Position numbers and translations under genes: made by a program
Shown here: piece after piece, positions 1-12,390 of the stretch
Layout: each line of letters opens with the position of its first letter
Position numbering within the stretch: the first letter of the stretch is position 1
Notes under the pieces: generated by a model
The model's input: the letters and a program-made list of their open reading frames with translations, nothing else
Told to the model about the DNA's origin: nothing
Database searches by the model: none
Source: Macrostomum hystrix
Lineage: Eukaryota; Animalia; Platyhelminthes
Length of the DNA stretch: 64,000 nt
Assembly: GCA_950097015.1 (NCBI GenBank)
Contig: CATNEN010000041.1
Span: 1,054,001-1,118,000 of the forward strand
Direction: 5' to 3'

Positions 1-19
1 CCACAACGTGCCTCTCCAG

Positions 20-204
20 GTCTGCTAGACATCCCAGTCTACAAGAGCCGAGTGCAGTCGTTGCACGTGCTGTTCACGCTGTACTCGACCTTCGCGAACT
101 CGCAGCACTTTCGCAGCCTGGCCGAAGGCAACAAGCTGGACAACCGGCTGAAGCAGGACCAGCAGCAGCAGCGGGAGAACTCAGACTATGACGGATTTAA
201 CTGA
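20..204 (+). CDS. IFT46: Terminal coding exon of intraflagellar transport protein 46 (gene truncated by the window edge)
   Basis: Acceptor CTCTCCAG ends at 19. The exon translates as (G)LLDIPVYKSRVQSLHVLFTLYSTFANSQHFRSLAEGNKLDNRLKQDQQQQRENSDYDGFN*, matching the IFT46 C-terminal motif LDIPVYKSRIQSLHxLFxLYSxFxNSQHF as I recall it. Confidence 0.9.
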
Positions 205-954
205 GCGCACTTGGTGCAAAGCAAAGCAAAGGGACCGATTTTGCCTTTGCCTGGTTTACTTCTATTACTGTTCTGTCATTTCCTTTCCTCAGCAGAAAAC
301 TGGGAACTAAAATTGACACTAAATTCAATTTCGTGTCACAATTTACTTCTTGAATATATATTAATAATTATGACAGCAAGGTCATGAAAACTGCAAGTTG
401 ACTTACAGGCGCAAAATACGGATTGTCTTGCTTGGTTAACTTTTTGTTTTATTGAACTCGAAATTAAAATAATTTATTTGTGACAGGTTATAAAATCAAG
501 ATTAAAATTAGAGGCTAAAGGAAGAAATTTCTAAAAAATGAAAATAAATGCTGATGAGAATTGCGTAAATTTTAATTATTATATTGCTACTTAAAGTAGT
601 GCAACCAGAAGATGGACTTTCACTATAAAAATTATGCTTTTCAAAAGCGTAGAGGTAAAGTGTTGAGGCAGTTGAACTGGTTCGGCATTCTCACAGCCGG
701 TAATCGGAGAGCCTGCAGGATACTCGGAAATGAAACCCTGCCGGACACTTTCGGGACTTCACTCGGGAAGAAACTGGCTGGGAATTCGCACCTAAGGCTT
801 CCAAACCGGTTCTGTTATGCCAATGAAAGCAGCGGGCTCGCTTTCGGATGCAAAGCTAGCGGAGAACTTTTCTGCAGCGAGTAACACTTTAGAAATTTTG
901 TCATGGGCCGTTACTTTTGGTAATAAGCTGCTACTTTTGGTCAAAGGATGCACG

Positions 955-1316
955 TTTTGGTCATAAGCTGTAAGCTTTGGTCACGGGCTGTAAGCTTTGG
1001 TCACGGGCTGTAAGCTTTGGTCATAAGATGTAAGCTTTGGTCATAAGCTGTAAGCTTTGGTCATAAGATATAAGCTTTGGTCACGGGCTGTAAGCTTTGG
1101 TCATAAGCTGTAAGCTTTGGTCATAAGATATAAGCTTTGGTCACGGGCTGTAAGCTTTGGTCATAAGATGTAAGCTTTGGTCATAAGCTGTAAGCTTTGG
1201 TCACGGGCTGTAAGCTTTGGTCATAAGATGTAAGCTTTGGTCATAAGCTGTAAGCTTTGGTCATAAGCTGTAAGCTTTGGTCATAAGATGTAAGCTTTGG
1301 TCACGGACTGTAAGCT
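955..1316. repeat. 20-bp tandem minisatellite (TCATAAGCTGTAAGCTTTGG), about 18 copies
   Basis: Periodicity visible directly in the sequence. Confidence 0.95.
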
Positions 1317-1704
1317 CGAATCGACCTTTGCATCCCAGTTTTGTGTCTGAATTGGTCCCACTGAAAGGCCCCACGCCACGCTGCACAACAAGCGGCCCGT
1401 TTAAATCAAGCGACAATGCCAATAAATCGAAGCAGAATCCGCGCGGGGGGACTTCCTTGAGTGGCCAGTTGATTTACTCGGCAGAATTCACTTCCCTAGT
1501 CCTGCGCTCCCCAATCAACACTGGGTTGTCATAGACATGAGACAGAGACATGGGATTCCGGCTAGGTGAGTTGATGTGTTCTCAACTCATGTGTTCTGAA
1601 CAAATCTACTAAATTTCTACTGATTCTATACTCGTACATGTCTATTTAGCTGAAGTGTCTGTCATCCTGTTCACACGATAATCCTTCGTATGTACTAAAA
1701 CTAA

Positions 1705-2899
1705 TATAATCCAATCAGATAGTCTATCAGATAATCTACTAGATAATCCAATCAGATAATCTACTAGATAATCGAATCAGATAATCTACTAGATAATCCA
1801 ATCAGATAATCTACTAGATAATCCAATCAGATAATCCACTAGATAATCCAATCAGATAATCTACTAGATAATCCAATCAGATAATCTACTAGATAATCCA
1901 ATCAGATAGTCTATCAGATAATCTACTAGATAATCCAATCAGATTGTCTATCAGATAATCTACTAGATAATCCAATCAGATTGTCTATCAGATAATCTAC
2001 TAGATAATCCAATCAGATAATCTACTAGATAATCGAATCAGATAATCTACTAGATAATCCAATCAGATAATCTACTAGATAATCCAATCAGATAATCCAC
2101 TAGATAATCCAATCAGATAATCTACTAGATAATCCAATCAGATAATCTACTAGATAATCCAATCAGATAGTCTATCAGATAATCTACTAGATAATCCAAT
2201 CAGATTGTCTATCAGATAATCTACTAGATAATCCAATCAGATTGTCTATCAGATAATCTACTAGATAATCCAATCAGATAATCTACTAGATAATCTACTA
2301 GATAATCCAATCAGATAGTCTATCAGATAATCTACTAGATAATCCAATCAGATAGTCTATCAGATAATCTACTAGATAATCCAATCAGATAGTCTATCAG
2401 ATAATCTACTAGATAATCCAATCAGATAGTCTATCAGATAATCTACTAGATAATCCAATCAGATAGTCTATCAGATAATCTACTAGATAATCCAATCAGA
2501 TAATCTACTAGATAATCCAATCAGATAGTCTATTAGATAATCTACTAGATAATCCAATCAGATAGTCTATCAGATAATCTACTAGATAATCCAATCAGAT
2601 AGTCTATCAGATAATCTACTAGATAATCCAATCAGATAGTCTATCAGATAATCTACTAGATAATCCAATCAGATAGTCTATCAGATAATCTACTAGATAA
2701 TCCAATCAGATAATCTACTAGATAATCCAATCAGATAGTCTATCAGATAATCTACTAGATAATCCAATCAGATAGTCTATCAGATAATCTACTAGATAAT
2801 CCAATCAGATAGTCTATCAGATAATCTACTAGATAATCCAATCAGATAGTCTATCAGATAATCTACTAGATAATCCAATCAGATAGTCTATCAGATAAT
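1705..2899. repeat. Compound minisatellite built from GATAATCTACTA / GATAATCCAATCA / GATAGTCTATCA subunits (25- and 37-bp periods)
   Basis: Periodicity visible directly in the sequence. Confidence 0.95.
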
Positions 2900-4010
2900 G
2901 TTGAAAGCGAAAGGTCCAATTGAACTTTTTAACTAATTTTCATCAAAATTGTGGCTCGCCCGAAGCATCGACTCTGATTCTCAATTCCCTTTTTGAAAAC
3001 TAAAAACTGCCAGTCAGCACGGCGTGCCGCTCCTAGCGGAACAGGAGATCAAGTTGCCAGCCAGCCAGACAGACCCGTGACATTTTCGAATCTGCTTTGA
3101 CTTACTCGCTATTATCTCGCATATCTTGCAATAAGTATTTATGGCTATTATCCAACCTGTGCAGCTCATTGTTAGCTGCTGATGCTGCTGCTGCTGCAGA
3201 TTTCATCCTCGGCTGTCCGAAATAATACGCGAGTTTAGATTTCCCAGTTTTTTCCCGCGACACTGCGAAAAAAGAACAATGAGGAAAAAAGGGAAACTTG
3301 AAGAGAAACGGGGAGATTGCAAGCTTTAGCGCAGCCAAAGCTTTGCATTAAAGTACTCTCAACGGGGAACGAAATTCAGCAACAACACAGTGGGCATTAG
3401 GGAGGCCAACTGATCAATGGAGATCAGGACCTCCCCGGCTTAAATCTGCCGCTGATCCCTGCTTGTTGAAGTCGCGACACGAGGATCCGGGACATTGCCT
3501 CCGGAGTGGCCTGAGCAGGCGAACATTGGGACAGGGAAATCTCCCTCGTGGTGTTCCGATTTTCTCCCGGTCGAGATCAGCCAGAGAGCCAGTCGAAGGC
3601 CAGTTTGTTTTCTGTTGCTGCCACTCGCAATGAATGTGACAAAGATATGCCATCTGCACCAATCGGCGTTAAAAATCGTCCTCGACGAGACAAACATAAA
3701 TAAATATTCCGCCATTCGACACGGCCCTCCTCGTACTTCAACGAGTTCAACTCTGGCGACATGGCGTCAAGGGAGAGCTCTGCCTGATGGCATTGCAAAT
3801 GAAGTGCAGCCCGTTGTGGCACGGCCGGCTCTCTGTCGAATGTTTGAGCTTTCATAGAAAGCAGGTCGCTCCTTGGCTCGCATCTGTTATCAGAGCTGCG
3901 ATCTCACTGACTGCTCAGGAAGCCGCAGCCGGGGGGGGTGCAGGGGATGCCGTCTTCCGGGAGCAGTCATTGATTGAATTTGTGCAGTTTTCCTTCGGGA
4001 TGACGACATC

Positions 4011-4144
4011 GCCGGCTCGCCTTTCATCCTCGCCGCATCATCAGCGGCTCGCCTTTCATCCTCGCCGCATCATCAGCGGCTCTCCTTTCATCCTCGCCGC
4101 ATCATCAGCGGCTCTCCTTTCATCCTCGCCGCATCATCAGCGGC
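4011..4144. repeat. 32-bp tandem repeat, about 4 copies
   Basis: CTTTCATCCTCGCCGCATCATCAGCGGCTCGC repeated. Confidence 0.9.
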
Positions 4145-5368
4145 GAGCTCCTAGTAGTTCGTAGTCCGTGGTTCGTACTCGTTTCCCGAAATCCCGAATT
4201 TTGGCCAAATATGAATTCTTAGAAATCCCATTTCTTGAAGTATCGAATGCAAAAAATCAATTTTCCGAAAGCTTACATATTCATTCTTTCATTCTTCGAA
4301 ATCTCTGAAATCAAAAGTTTAGCTATTAACGATTGAAAAAAATGAATTTCGATTTCGAAACTTCCATTGCCTGCGTTACATTTTACTAGTATCATCGTTA
4401 CTTTGAATTTGTCTATCAGAATTCGAGCTTCGAGCAAACAAGCAAAAGCAAAAAACACAAGCCAACTGAAGATCGGCACGGAGCCTGAGTTCTGTGCACC
4501 TGTCCCAGTTAGTTTGAGCCCCACCCGACTCAAAGCTCCTCAGACAGGCTCAAAGGTTTAAAGGTATATTAATAAAGGTTTCTAAATGCAGCACCTGTCT
4601 GGATTCCAGTTGGCTTAGCAATGTTCCTCATTTGGTCATTGCCGAATCAAAGGAAATCATCTTTGGCACGCAAATTCTCAAGGTGCTGTCTTCCCAAAGT
4701 GAGAACTCGGCGGATTTGTATGAACGTGCACGACATGCGACACGGGTAAAGCCAGATATTATTTATTTTATCTTCTTTTGTATTTGGCAAGCAATTAGAT
4801 TTCAATCTTTGCTGGGCGCAGGGAGATTTGCCACTGCGCCGCCGAATGAACATTGTGTCCGTTGATGAAGCCAGTGGGGCAGAGGAAAGATGCCTGGAAA
4901 CATCAGAAAACATACATTAAGCGGTTGCAAGCCAAGCGGTTCAACACACGAATAGTCAGTAGCGGCACCCGAAGCGAAATCTATTTACAAGACGTTATCC
5001 TGGTTTTCGCTTTTCTTAGAAAACAATCGAATTGGAGCTTGCTAAATAAAAGTACGCAAATCTGAAATATAATGGAAATTCACGAGAACAATGTCAACTA
5101 TCGGATATTGTTACTTTGTCATTCGTCTTTACAGTCCTCAAGGAATGACTAAATATTGTGCTCTGATTGGCCGACTAGATCAAAGTGTCTCGTGAAAATC
5201 GAAGATTTCCTCTGATTGGCCGATGACATAGCAGCGAGTGAGGTGGGTGAATCAGTCCTGCCACCAGATTGGCTAATGAAACTGCAGAGCCTATCACCGG
5301 ATTTGATATGACGGAGCGGCGGTAGATTAAAGTGAATCGATGCTGTCACCTGATTGGTCCGTAAAAGA

Positions 5369-8300
5369 TTACTGGATCGGGGCCGGGCGCCTATTCCGCT
5401 GAGCCCTGGCCGGTGCAGAGCGGGCCAGGATTTGGCAGAGGCCGCGTCGGAAGCTCTCGGACAGGCAGCTGTAGATGGCCGGGTTGGCGCAGGCGTTGCA
5501 GTAGGACAGCAGGCTGGCCAGCTGGTTGAAGCGGTCGTAGGCCAGCAGGCTGGCGGAGGTGACGTCAAGCCGCACGAACAGCTGGCAGAAGAAGAAGCTG
5601 CCGAGAATATCGGCGAAGTGCAACGGCAGCCAGCAGATGAAGAAGGAGAAGACCAGGGCGATGACGAGGGCCATCACACGGCGACTGTTGGCGCCGCCTC
5701 GATGCCGGCCGAAGCGCCAGAGGCGTCGCAGCATGTGGGCGGAGCAGGCCACGATGATGACGAACGGCAGGGCGTAGCCGAGGGCAGGGCGGCCGAAGAA
5801 CAGCGCGTAGCGAAGCGGCCCGTCCAGCAGGTAGAAGGTGCAGAGGCCGTCGGCGGCGCGATAGACGAACGGCCAGGGCAGCGCGACCAGCACCGAGGCG
5901 GCCCACAGGCCGGCGGCGTAGCGAGGCGCGGCTGCTGCGCGCCGGCTGCCCCGCATCGAGGCCTGGCCGCCGACGCCGCAGCCGCCGGCCCGGCCAGCGC
6001 CGCCGAGGCTGGACACGGAGAGGCAACGGTCGACGGCCATGGCGGTGAGGAAGGCGGCAGAGGCGTGCATGGCCAGCGGCTGCAGGAAGTGCAGCAGTTT
6101 GCACATGACATTGCCAAGCGGCCACCATTGGGACAGGAAAAACACGATGGAGTGGACAGGGGCGCAGAAGGCCAGGAAGAACAGGTCAGCGGCGGCCAGG
6201 TGGGTCACGTAGGTGTGCACGGCCGAGCGGCGGTACTGCCTGGCCCGGATGCTGACCAGCAGGATGAGGCCGTTGCCAAGGAAACCGGCGGCCGCCACTA
6301 GCAGGTAGATGGCGAAGATAATGGCGTTGCCGACGCGGGTGGACTCAACCAGCTGCTCCATGGTCTCCTTGGAGATGTGGACTCCACAGACATTCTTGCC
6401 GTTGCTGGCTGCTTCCGCTGAGGGTTGGGTTTTGAGTGTCGCGTCCGATGATGAAGTTTTAAATTGGTGCTTTTTAAGTTATTATTCTTTGAGGACTCAG
6501 TGGTAATTCAGGGACTATTCAGTGGTAACTCAGGGACACTTCACAGGTGAGTCAGGAGGCATTCGTGAATTCCGCAGCATATAATTACTTGCAGAATGCG
6601 CGTATATCTGGAGAAATTATAGGGCCAGGAAAATCTTCAAACAGAGGAGCTCCGAAAAACTCTTCAAGATTGATGACAGCTCCGAAAATAGAATGGGAAA
6701 CATCCCCAAGGGAGCGAACTACAGACGGACAGGGGGCTCAGTTCGTTGACACTGGCATTCGTTTAGTTGTAAAGGAATGAAACTCGGAATTTATGTTCAA
6801 GGTAATCACCCTGAAAAGTGCAAGGCAGTGATGGACAGGTGACCTTGATCTGTAGTTTTATCTAGGGAAATTACCCAGACAGTCTGGCCATTTCTTTCTG
6901 CACTGCTGATGCAATGATGGGATTAATTTTTCGAGTTAGGGAGAATGAGGAGCAGGGGTTGAGTAGGCGGTGGCGATGAGGGACAAGACAGTCAGAGGCA
7001 GCTGGATATTGCCCTGACAGATGGGCGGCTGTAGGTGGACGGACTTCTGATCATGCGATGCGAATATTTACAAAATATATGTCTAGGACAACCCTGCCTA
7101 CTGCTGCTAGCCTACCCTGCCTACTGCTGCTAGCCTACCATGCCTACTGCTGCTAGCCTACCCTGCCTACTGCTGCTAGCCTACCATGCCTACTGCTGTT
7201 AGCCTACCATGCCTACTGCTGTTAGCCTACCATGCCTACTGCTGCTAGCCTACCATGCCTACTGCTGCTAGCCTACCATGCCTACTGCTGCTAGCCTACC
7301 ATGCCTACTGCTGCTAGCCTACCATGCCTACTGCTGCTAGCCTACCATGCCTACTGCTGCTAGCCTACCATGCCTACTGCTGCTAGCCTACCATGCCTAC
7401 TGCTGCTAGCCAACCCTGCCTACTGCTGCTAGCCTACCATGCCTACTGCTGCTAGCCTACCATGCCTACTGCTGTTAGCCTACCATGCCTACTGCTGCTA
7501 GCCTACCATGCCTACTGCTGCTAGCCTACCATGCCTACTGCTGCTAGCCTACCATGCCTACTGCTGCTAGCCTACCATGCCTACTGCTGCTAGCCTACCA
7601 TGCCTACTGCTGCTAGCCTACCATGCCTACTGCTGCTAGCCTACCATGCCTACTGCTGCTAGCCTACCATGCCTACTGCTGCTAGCCTAACCCGCCAACT
7701 GCTGCTAGCCTACCATGCCAACTGCTGTTAGCCTAACCCGCTAACTGCTGCTAGCCTACCATGCCTACTGCTGCTAGCCTACCATGCCTACTGCTGCTAG
7801 CCTACCATGCCTACTGCTGCTAGCCTACCATGCCTACTGCTGCTAGCCTAACCCGCCAACTGCTGCTAGCCTACCATGCCAACTGCTGTTAGCCTAACCC
7901 GCTAACTGCTGCTAGCCTACCATGCCTACTGCTGCTAGCCTACCATGCCTACTGCTGCTAGCCTACCATGCCTACTGCTGTTAGCCTACCATGCCTACTG
8001 CTGTTAGCCTACCATGCCTACTGCTGTTAGCCTACCATGCCTACTGCTGTTAGCCTACCATGCCTACTGCTGTTAGCCTACCATGCCTACTGCTGTTAGC
8101 CTACCATGCCTACTGCTGCTAGCCTACCATGCCTACTGCTGCTAGCCTACCATGCCTACTGCTGCTAGCCTACCATGCCTACTGCTGCTAGCCTAACCCG
8201 CCAACTGCTGCTAGCCTACCATGCCAACTGCTGTTAGCCTAACCCGCTAACTGCTGCTAGCCTACCATGCCTACTGCTGCTAGCCTACCATGCCTACTGC

Positions 8301-10572
8301 TGCTAGCCTACCATGCCTACTGCTGTTAGCCTACCATGCCTACTGCTGTTAGCCTACCATGCCTACTGCTGTTAGCCTACCATGCCTACTGCTGTTAGCC
8401 TACCATGCCTACTGCTGTTAGCCTACCATGCCTACTGCTGTTAGCCTACCATGCCTACTGCTGTTAGCCTACCATGCCTACTGCTGTTAGCCTACCATGC
8501 CTACCCAGGGTACCCAGATAGCAGGATCCGATGACACAAACTTTGCACTATCCGGTATCCTAATTAAGTGCGCTACTGCTTGGCAATGATGCAAAACAGA
8601 TTTGGGTGCCGTCTGGCTTCCTGAATTCGCTTAGGGTGAGCGAGTCCCCTCAAGCCCACCCGGGCCTCAGCAAATTAGCAGCGGCTGGAGCTGGCGCCTC
8701 ACGGGACTGGAAGTGGGCTGTGAAATAGACGAAACGACAGCAACAGAGATTGGGATGAGCCCAGATGAAGTACTTCACGAAGAAGGACACGGCTGTATTG
8801 ATGAAGGCATTGAACGAACGAATTCAAGTGATAAGGAAAGAGGTTTTTCTGCTCCACTGGCGGCGGTGTTCAGAGGGCTTGGACAGTGAGACAGGACTGA
8901 AGGTAAGGAGGAAACAGAAAACAAGGAAAAAGGCAGAGAATGGAAAGAGGGACAAGGAGTGGAGAAAGGAGGAGAGAGGGACAAGGAGTGGAGAAAGGAG
9001 GAGAGAGGGACAAGGAGGGTGAGAAAGGAGGAGAGAGGGACAAAGAGGGTGATAAAGGAGGAGAGAGGGACAAGGAGGGTGAGAAAGGAGGAGAGAGGGA
9101 CAGGAGGGTGAGAAAGGAGGAGAGAGGGACAAGGAGGGTGAGAAAGGAGGAGAGAGGGACAGGAGGGTGAGAAAGGAGGAGAGAGGGACAAGGAGGGTGA
9201 GAAAGGAGGAGAGAGGGACAAGGAGTGGAGAAAGGAGGAGAGAGGGACAAGGAGGGTGAGAAAGGAGGAGAGAGGGACAAGGAGGGTGAGAAAGGAGGAG
9301 AGAGGGACAAGGAGGGTGAGAAAGGAGGAGAGAGGGACAAGGAGGGTGATACGAGTAAAGGAGGAGAGAGGGACAAGGAGGGTGATACGAGTAAAGGAGG
9401 AGAGAGGGACAAGGAGGGTGATACGAGTAAAGGAGGAGAGAGGGACAAGGAGGGTGAGAAAGGAGGAGAGAGGGACAGGAGGGTGAGAAAGGAGGAGAGA
9501 GGGACAAGGAGGGTGAGAAAGGAGGAGAGGGACAAGGAGGGTGAGAAAGGACGAGAGGGACAAGGAGGGTGAGAAAGGAGGAGAGAGGGACAAGGAGGGT
9601 GATACGAGTAAAGGAGGAGAGAGGGACAAGGAGGGTGAGAAAGGAGGAGAGAGGGACAAGGAGGGTGATAAAGGAGGAGAGAGGGACAAGGAGTGGAGAA
9701 AGGAGGAGTGATGGGAAAGTAGAATAGAGAATGGGAGTGTGAGCGGCGGAGAGAGGATCAGTAGATGGTGAGAGGAAGAGGATGTAAAAATCCGAAGAAG
9801 AGAATTCCAGTTTGAGCCAGTCAGGGAGTTGGAACTGCGGGGTGCTGAGTGCAGTTGATGGGAGGGTAAGAAGCGGGCAACGAGCTGCAGGCAGAGCTCC
9901 AAATTGTGAGTGAGAAGCTGGAATGGAATGAAGACAATGACTGCAGGTCAAGCAGATAAGCCAATTCATTTCAGATAATGGACGAAAAAAGTAAAATGGG
10001 TGATAATGGATAGCGGATTAGGCCTTCAGTACCGTGTTTGAATGGATTAACAACCAGAAATAAGACCCTCCTGCTCTCTATACCCTGGAATGAATTCCAC
10101 ACCCAGTTGTAGGGAAATAAAACCGCCATCATATCTCCCTATGAGCTGCGGCGGTGGCTACACAGGTGGAATGCAGCTCCCGCCTATCATAGTGTTGAAA
10201 TGAGTTGTGAGATGAGTTGTGAGTTGTGAGATCAGTTATGAGTTGTGAGATGAATTATGAGTTGTGAGTTGTGAGTTGTGAGATGAGTTGTGAGTTGTGA
10301 GTTGTGAGATGAGTTGTGAGTTGTGAGTTGTGAGTTGTGAGTTGTGAGTTGTGAGTTGTGAGTTGTGAGTTGTGAGATGAGTTGTGAGTTGTGAGTTGTG
10401 AGATGAGTAATGAGTTGTGAGATGAGTTATGAGTTGTGAGATGAGTTATGAGTTGTGAGATGATGGGTGAGCTGTGAGAAAGATGATATAGATGAGTAGT
10501 GAGGGTGCACAGGAGCTCACCCAGGTAGCCGCTGGTGCTGGTGGCCGGGCCGTCCTGGCTGACATTAAGCAT
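5369..10572 (-). CDS. Rhodopsin-class neuropeptide GPCR, galanin/allatostatin-A/kisspeptin-receptor-like, about 366 aa; exons 10572-10521 and 6417-5369
   Basis: Seven hydrophobic helices with the motifs GN (TM1), LAAAD (TM2), DRC (TM3), CWLP (TM6) and NPAIY (TM7). The upstream exon MLNVSQDGPATSTSGYL ends at a G|GTGAG donor (phase 1) that matches the acceptor CCCTCAG|CG at 6418/6417. The 7TM exon is high confidence; the first exon is moderate. Confidence 0.85.
7093..8505. repeat. 23-bp minisatellite (CCTACCATGCCTACTGCTGCTAG), about 60 copies, in the GPCR intron
   Basis: Periodicity visible directly in the sequence. Confidence 0.95.
8945..9708. repeat. 30-bp purine-rich minisatellite (GAGAAAGGAGGAGAGAGGGACAAGGAGGGT)
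   Basis: Direct periodicity; explains the spurious ORFs at 8775-9969. Confidence 0.95.
10200..10460. repeat. 7-bp repeat (GAGTTGT)n with GAGAT variants
   Basis: Periodicity visible directly in the sequence. Confidence 0.9.
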
Positions 10573-10755
10573 TCTCAGCTCTACAGCCGTTGGCTTATCT
10601 AGTCTGTTAGAAGCAGCGGCAGCAGCCAGAAGAGAAAGATAAGTAAGCGGGCAGCGAAGGAGCAGTCAGTGTCTAACATTTATTTCTCCCCGCACCACCC
10701 CACGATTTTCGCCACCTCCGATCTCACTGGGACTTGCAGCAGCCAATGGGAGCTC

Positions 10756-12390
10756 TGTGTGTGAGTGAGTGTGAGTGTGTGAGTGTGAGTGAGTGTGCGT
10801 GAGTGTGCTTGTGAGTGAGTGTGAGTGAGTGTGCGTGAGTGTGCTTGTGAGTGTGTGTGTGTGAGTGAGTGTGTGTGTGAGTGAGTGCGAGTGAGTGCGA
10901 GTGAGTGTGAGTGAGTGAGTGTGCGTGTGAGTGAGTGAGTGTGAGTGTAAGTGTGTGTGTGTGTGTGTGTGAGTGTGCGTGTGAGTGAGTGAGTGTGAGT
11001 GTAAGTGTGTGTGTGTGTGAGTGTGCGTGTGAGTGAGTGAGTGTGAGTGTAAGTGTGTGTGTGTGTGTGTGTGTGAGTGTGCGTGAGAGTGAGTGAGTGT
11101 GAGTGAGTGTGAGTGAGTGAGTGAGTATGAGTGAGTGAGTGAGTGTGCGTGTGAGTGAGTGAGTTTGAGTGTGAGTGCGAGTGAGTGCGAGTGAGTGCGA
11201 GTGAGTGTGAGTGAGTGCGAGTGAGTGTGAGTGAGTGAGTGTGCGTGTGAGTGTGAGTGAGTGAGTGTGCGTGTGAGTGTGAGTGAGTGAGTGTGCGTGT
11301 GAGTGAGTGAGTGTGAGTGTAAGTGTGTGTGTGTGTGTGAGTGTGCGTGTGAGTGAGTGAGTGTGAGTCTGAGTGAGTGTGAGTGAGTGAGTGAGTGAGT
11401 GAGTGTGCGTGTGAGTGAGTGTGAGTGAGTGAGTGAGTGAGTGAGTGAGTGAGTGAGTGAGTGAGTGAGTGAGTGAGTGTGTGTGTGAATGTGAGTGAGT
11501 GTGAGTGTGAGTGAGAGTGAGTGTGCGTGAGAGTGAGTGAGTGTGAGTGAGTGAGTGAGTGAGTGTGAGTGCGAGTGAGTGCGAGTGAGTGTGAGTGTGA
11601 GTGAGTGTGAGTGAGTGTGAGTGAGTGTGAGTGAGTGTGAGTGAGTGAGTGAGTGTGAGTGAGTGCGAGTGAGTGCGAGTGAGTGTGAGTGAGTGAGTGT
11701 GCGTGTGAGTGAGTGAGTGTGAGTGTAAGTGTGTGTGTGTGTGTGTGTGAGTGTGCGTGTGAGTGAGTGAGTGTGAGTGTAAGTGTGTGTGTGTGTGTGA
11801 GTGTGCGTGTGAGTGAGTGAGTGTGAGTGTAAGTGTGTGTGTGTGTGTGTGTGAGTGTGCGTGAGAGTGAGTGAGTGTGAGTGAGTGTGAGTGAGTGAGT
11901 ATGAGTGAGTGAGTGAGTGTGCGTGTGAGTGAGTGAGTTTGAGTGTGAGTGCGAGTGAGTGCGAGTGAGTGCGAGTGAGTGTGAGTGAGTGCGAGTGAGT
12001 GTGAGTGAGTGAGTGTGCGTGTGAGTGTGAGTGAGTGAGTGTGCGTGTGAGTGAGTGAGTGTGAGTGTAAGTGTGTGTGTGTGTGTGAGTGTGCGTGTGA
12101 GTGAGTGAGTGTGAGTCTGAGTGAGTGTGAGTGAGTGAGTGAGTGAGTGAGTGTGCGTGTGAGTGAGTGTGAGTGAGTGAGTGAGTGAGTGAGTGAGTGA
12201 GTGAGTGTGTGTGAGTGAGTGAGTGAGTGAGTGAGTGAGTGTGTGTGTGAGTGAGTGAGTGTGAGTGTGAGTGTGTGTGTGAGTGAGTGAGTGTGAGTGA
12301 GTGTGAGTGAGTGAGTGAGTGTGAGTGAGTGTGAGTGAGTGAGTGAGTGTGAGTGAGTGAGTGTGAGTGTGAGTGTGAGTGTGTGAGTGT
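10756..12390. repeat. Compound (GT)n/(GAGT)n microsatellite, 1.6 kb
   Basis: Direct inspection; explains the 638-aa T/H/S/L ORF. Confidence 0.97.

Noticed and set aside
612-3338. Possible small minus-strand gene (exon ending at a GA|GTAAGT donor near 3104, acceptor near 810)
   Set aside because: Several frames are compatible, codon bias is weak and there is no homology, so it cannot be supported
6023-6031. DRC instead of DRY in GPCR TM3
   Set aside because: The third position of this motif is variable among class A GPCRs, so it is not notable on its own
5354-6301. 315-aa plus-strand ORF
   Set aside because: Antisense shadow of the GC3-rich GPCR exon; similar shadows overlie the GNAT and RhoGAP exons
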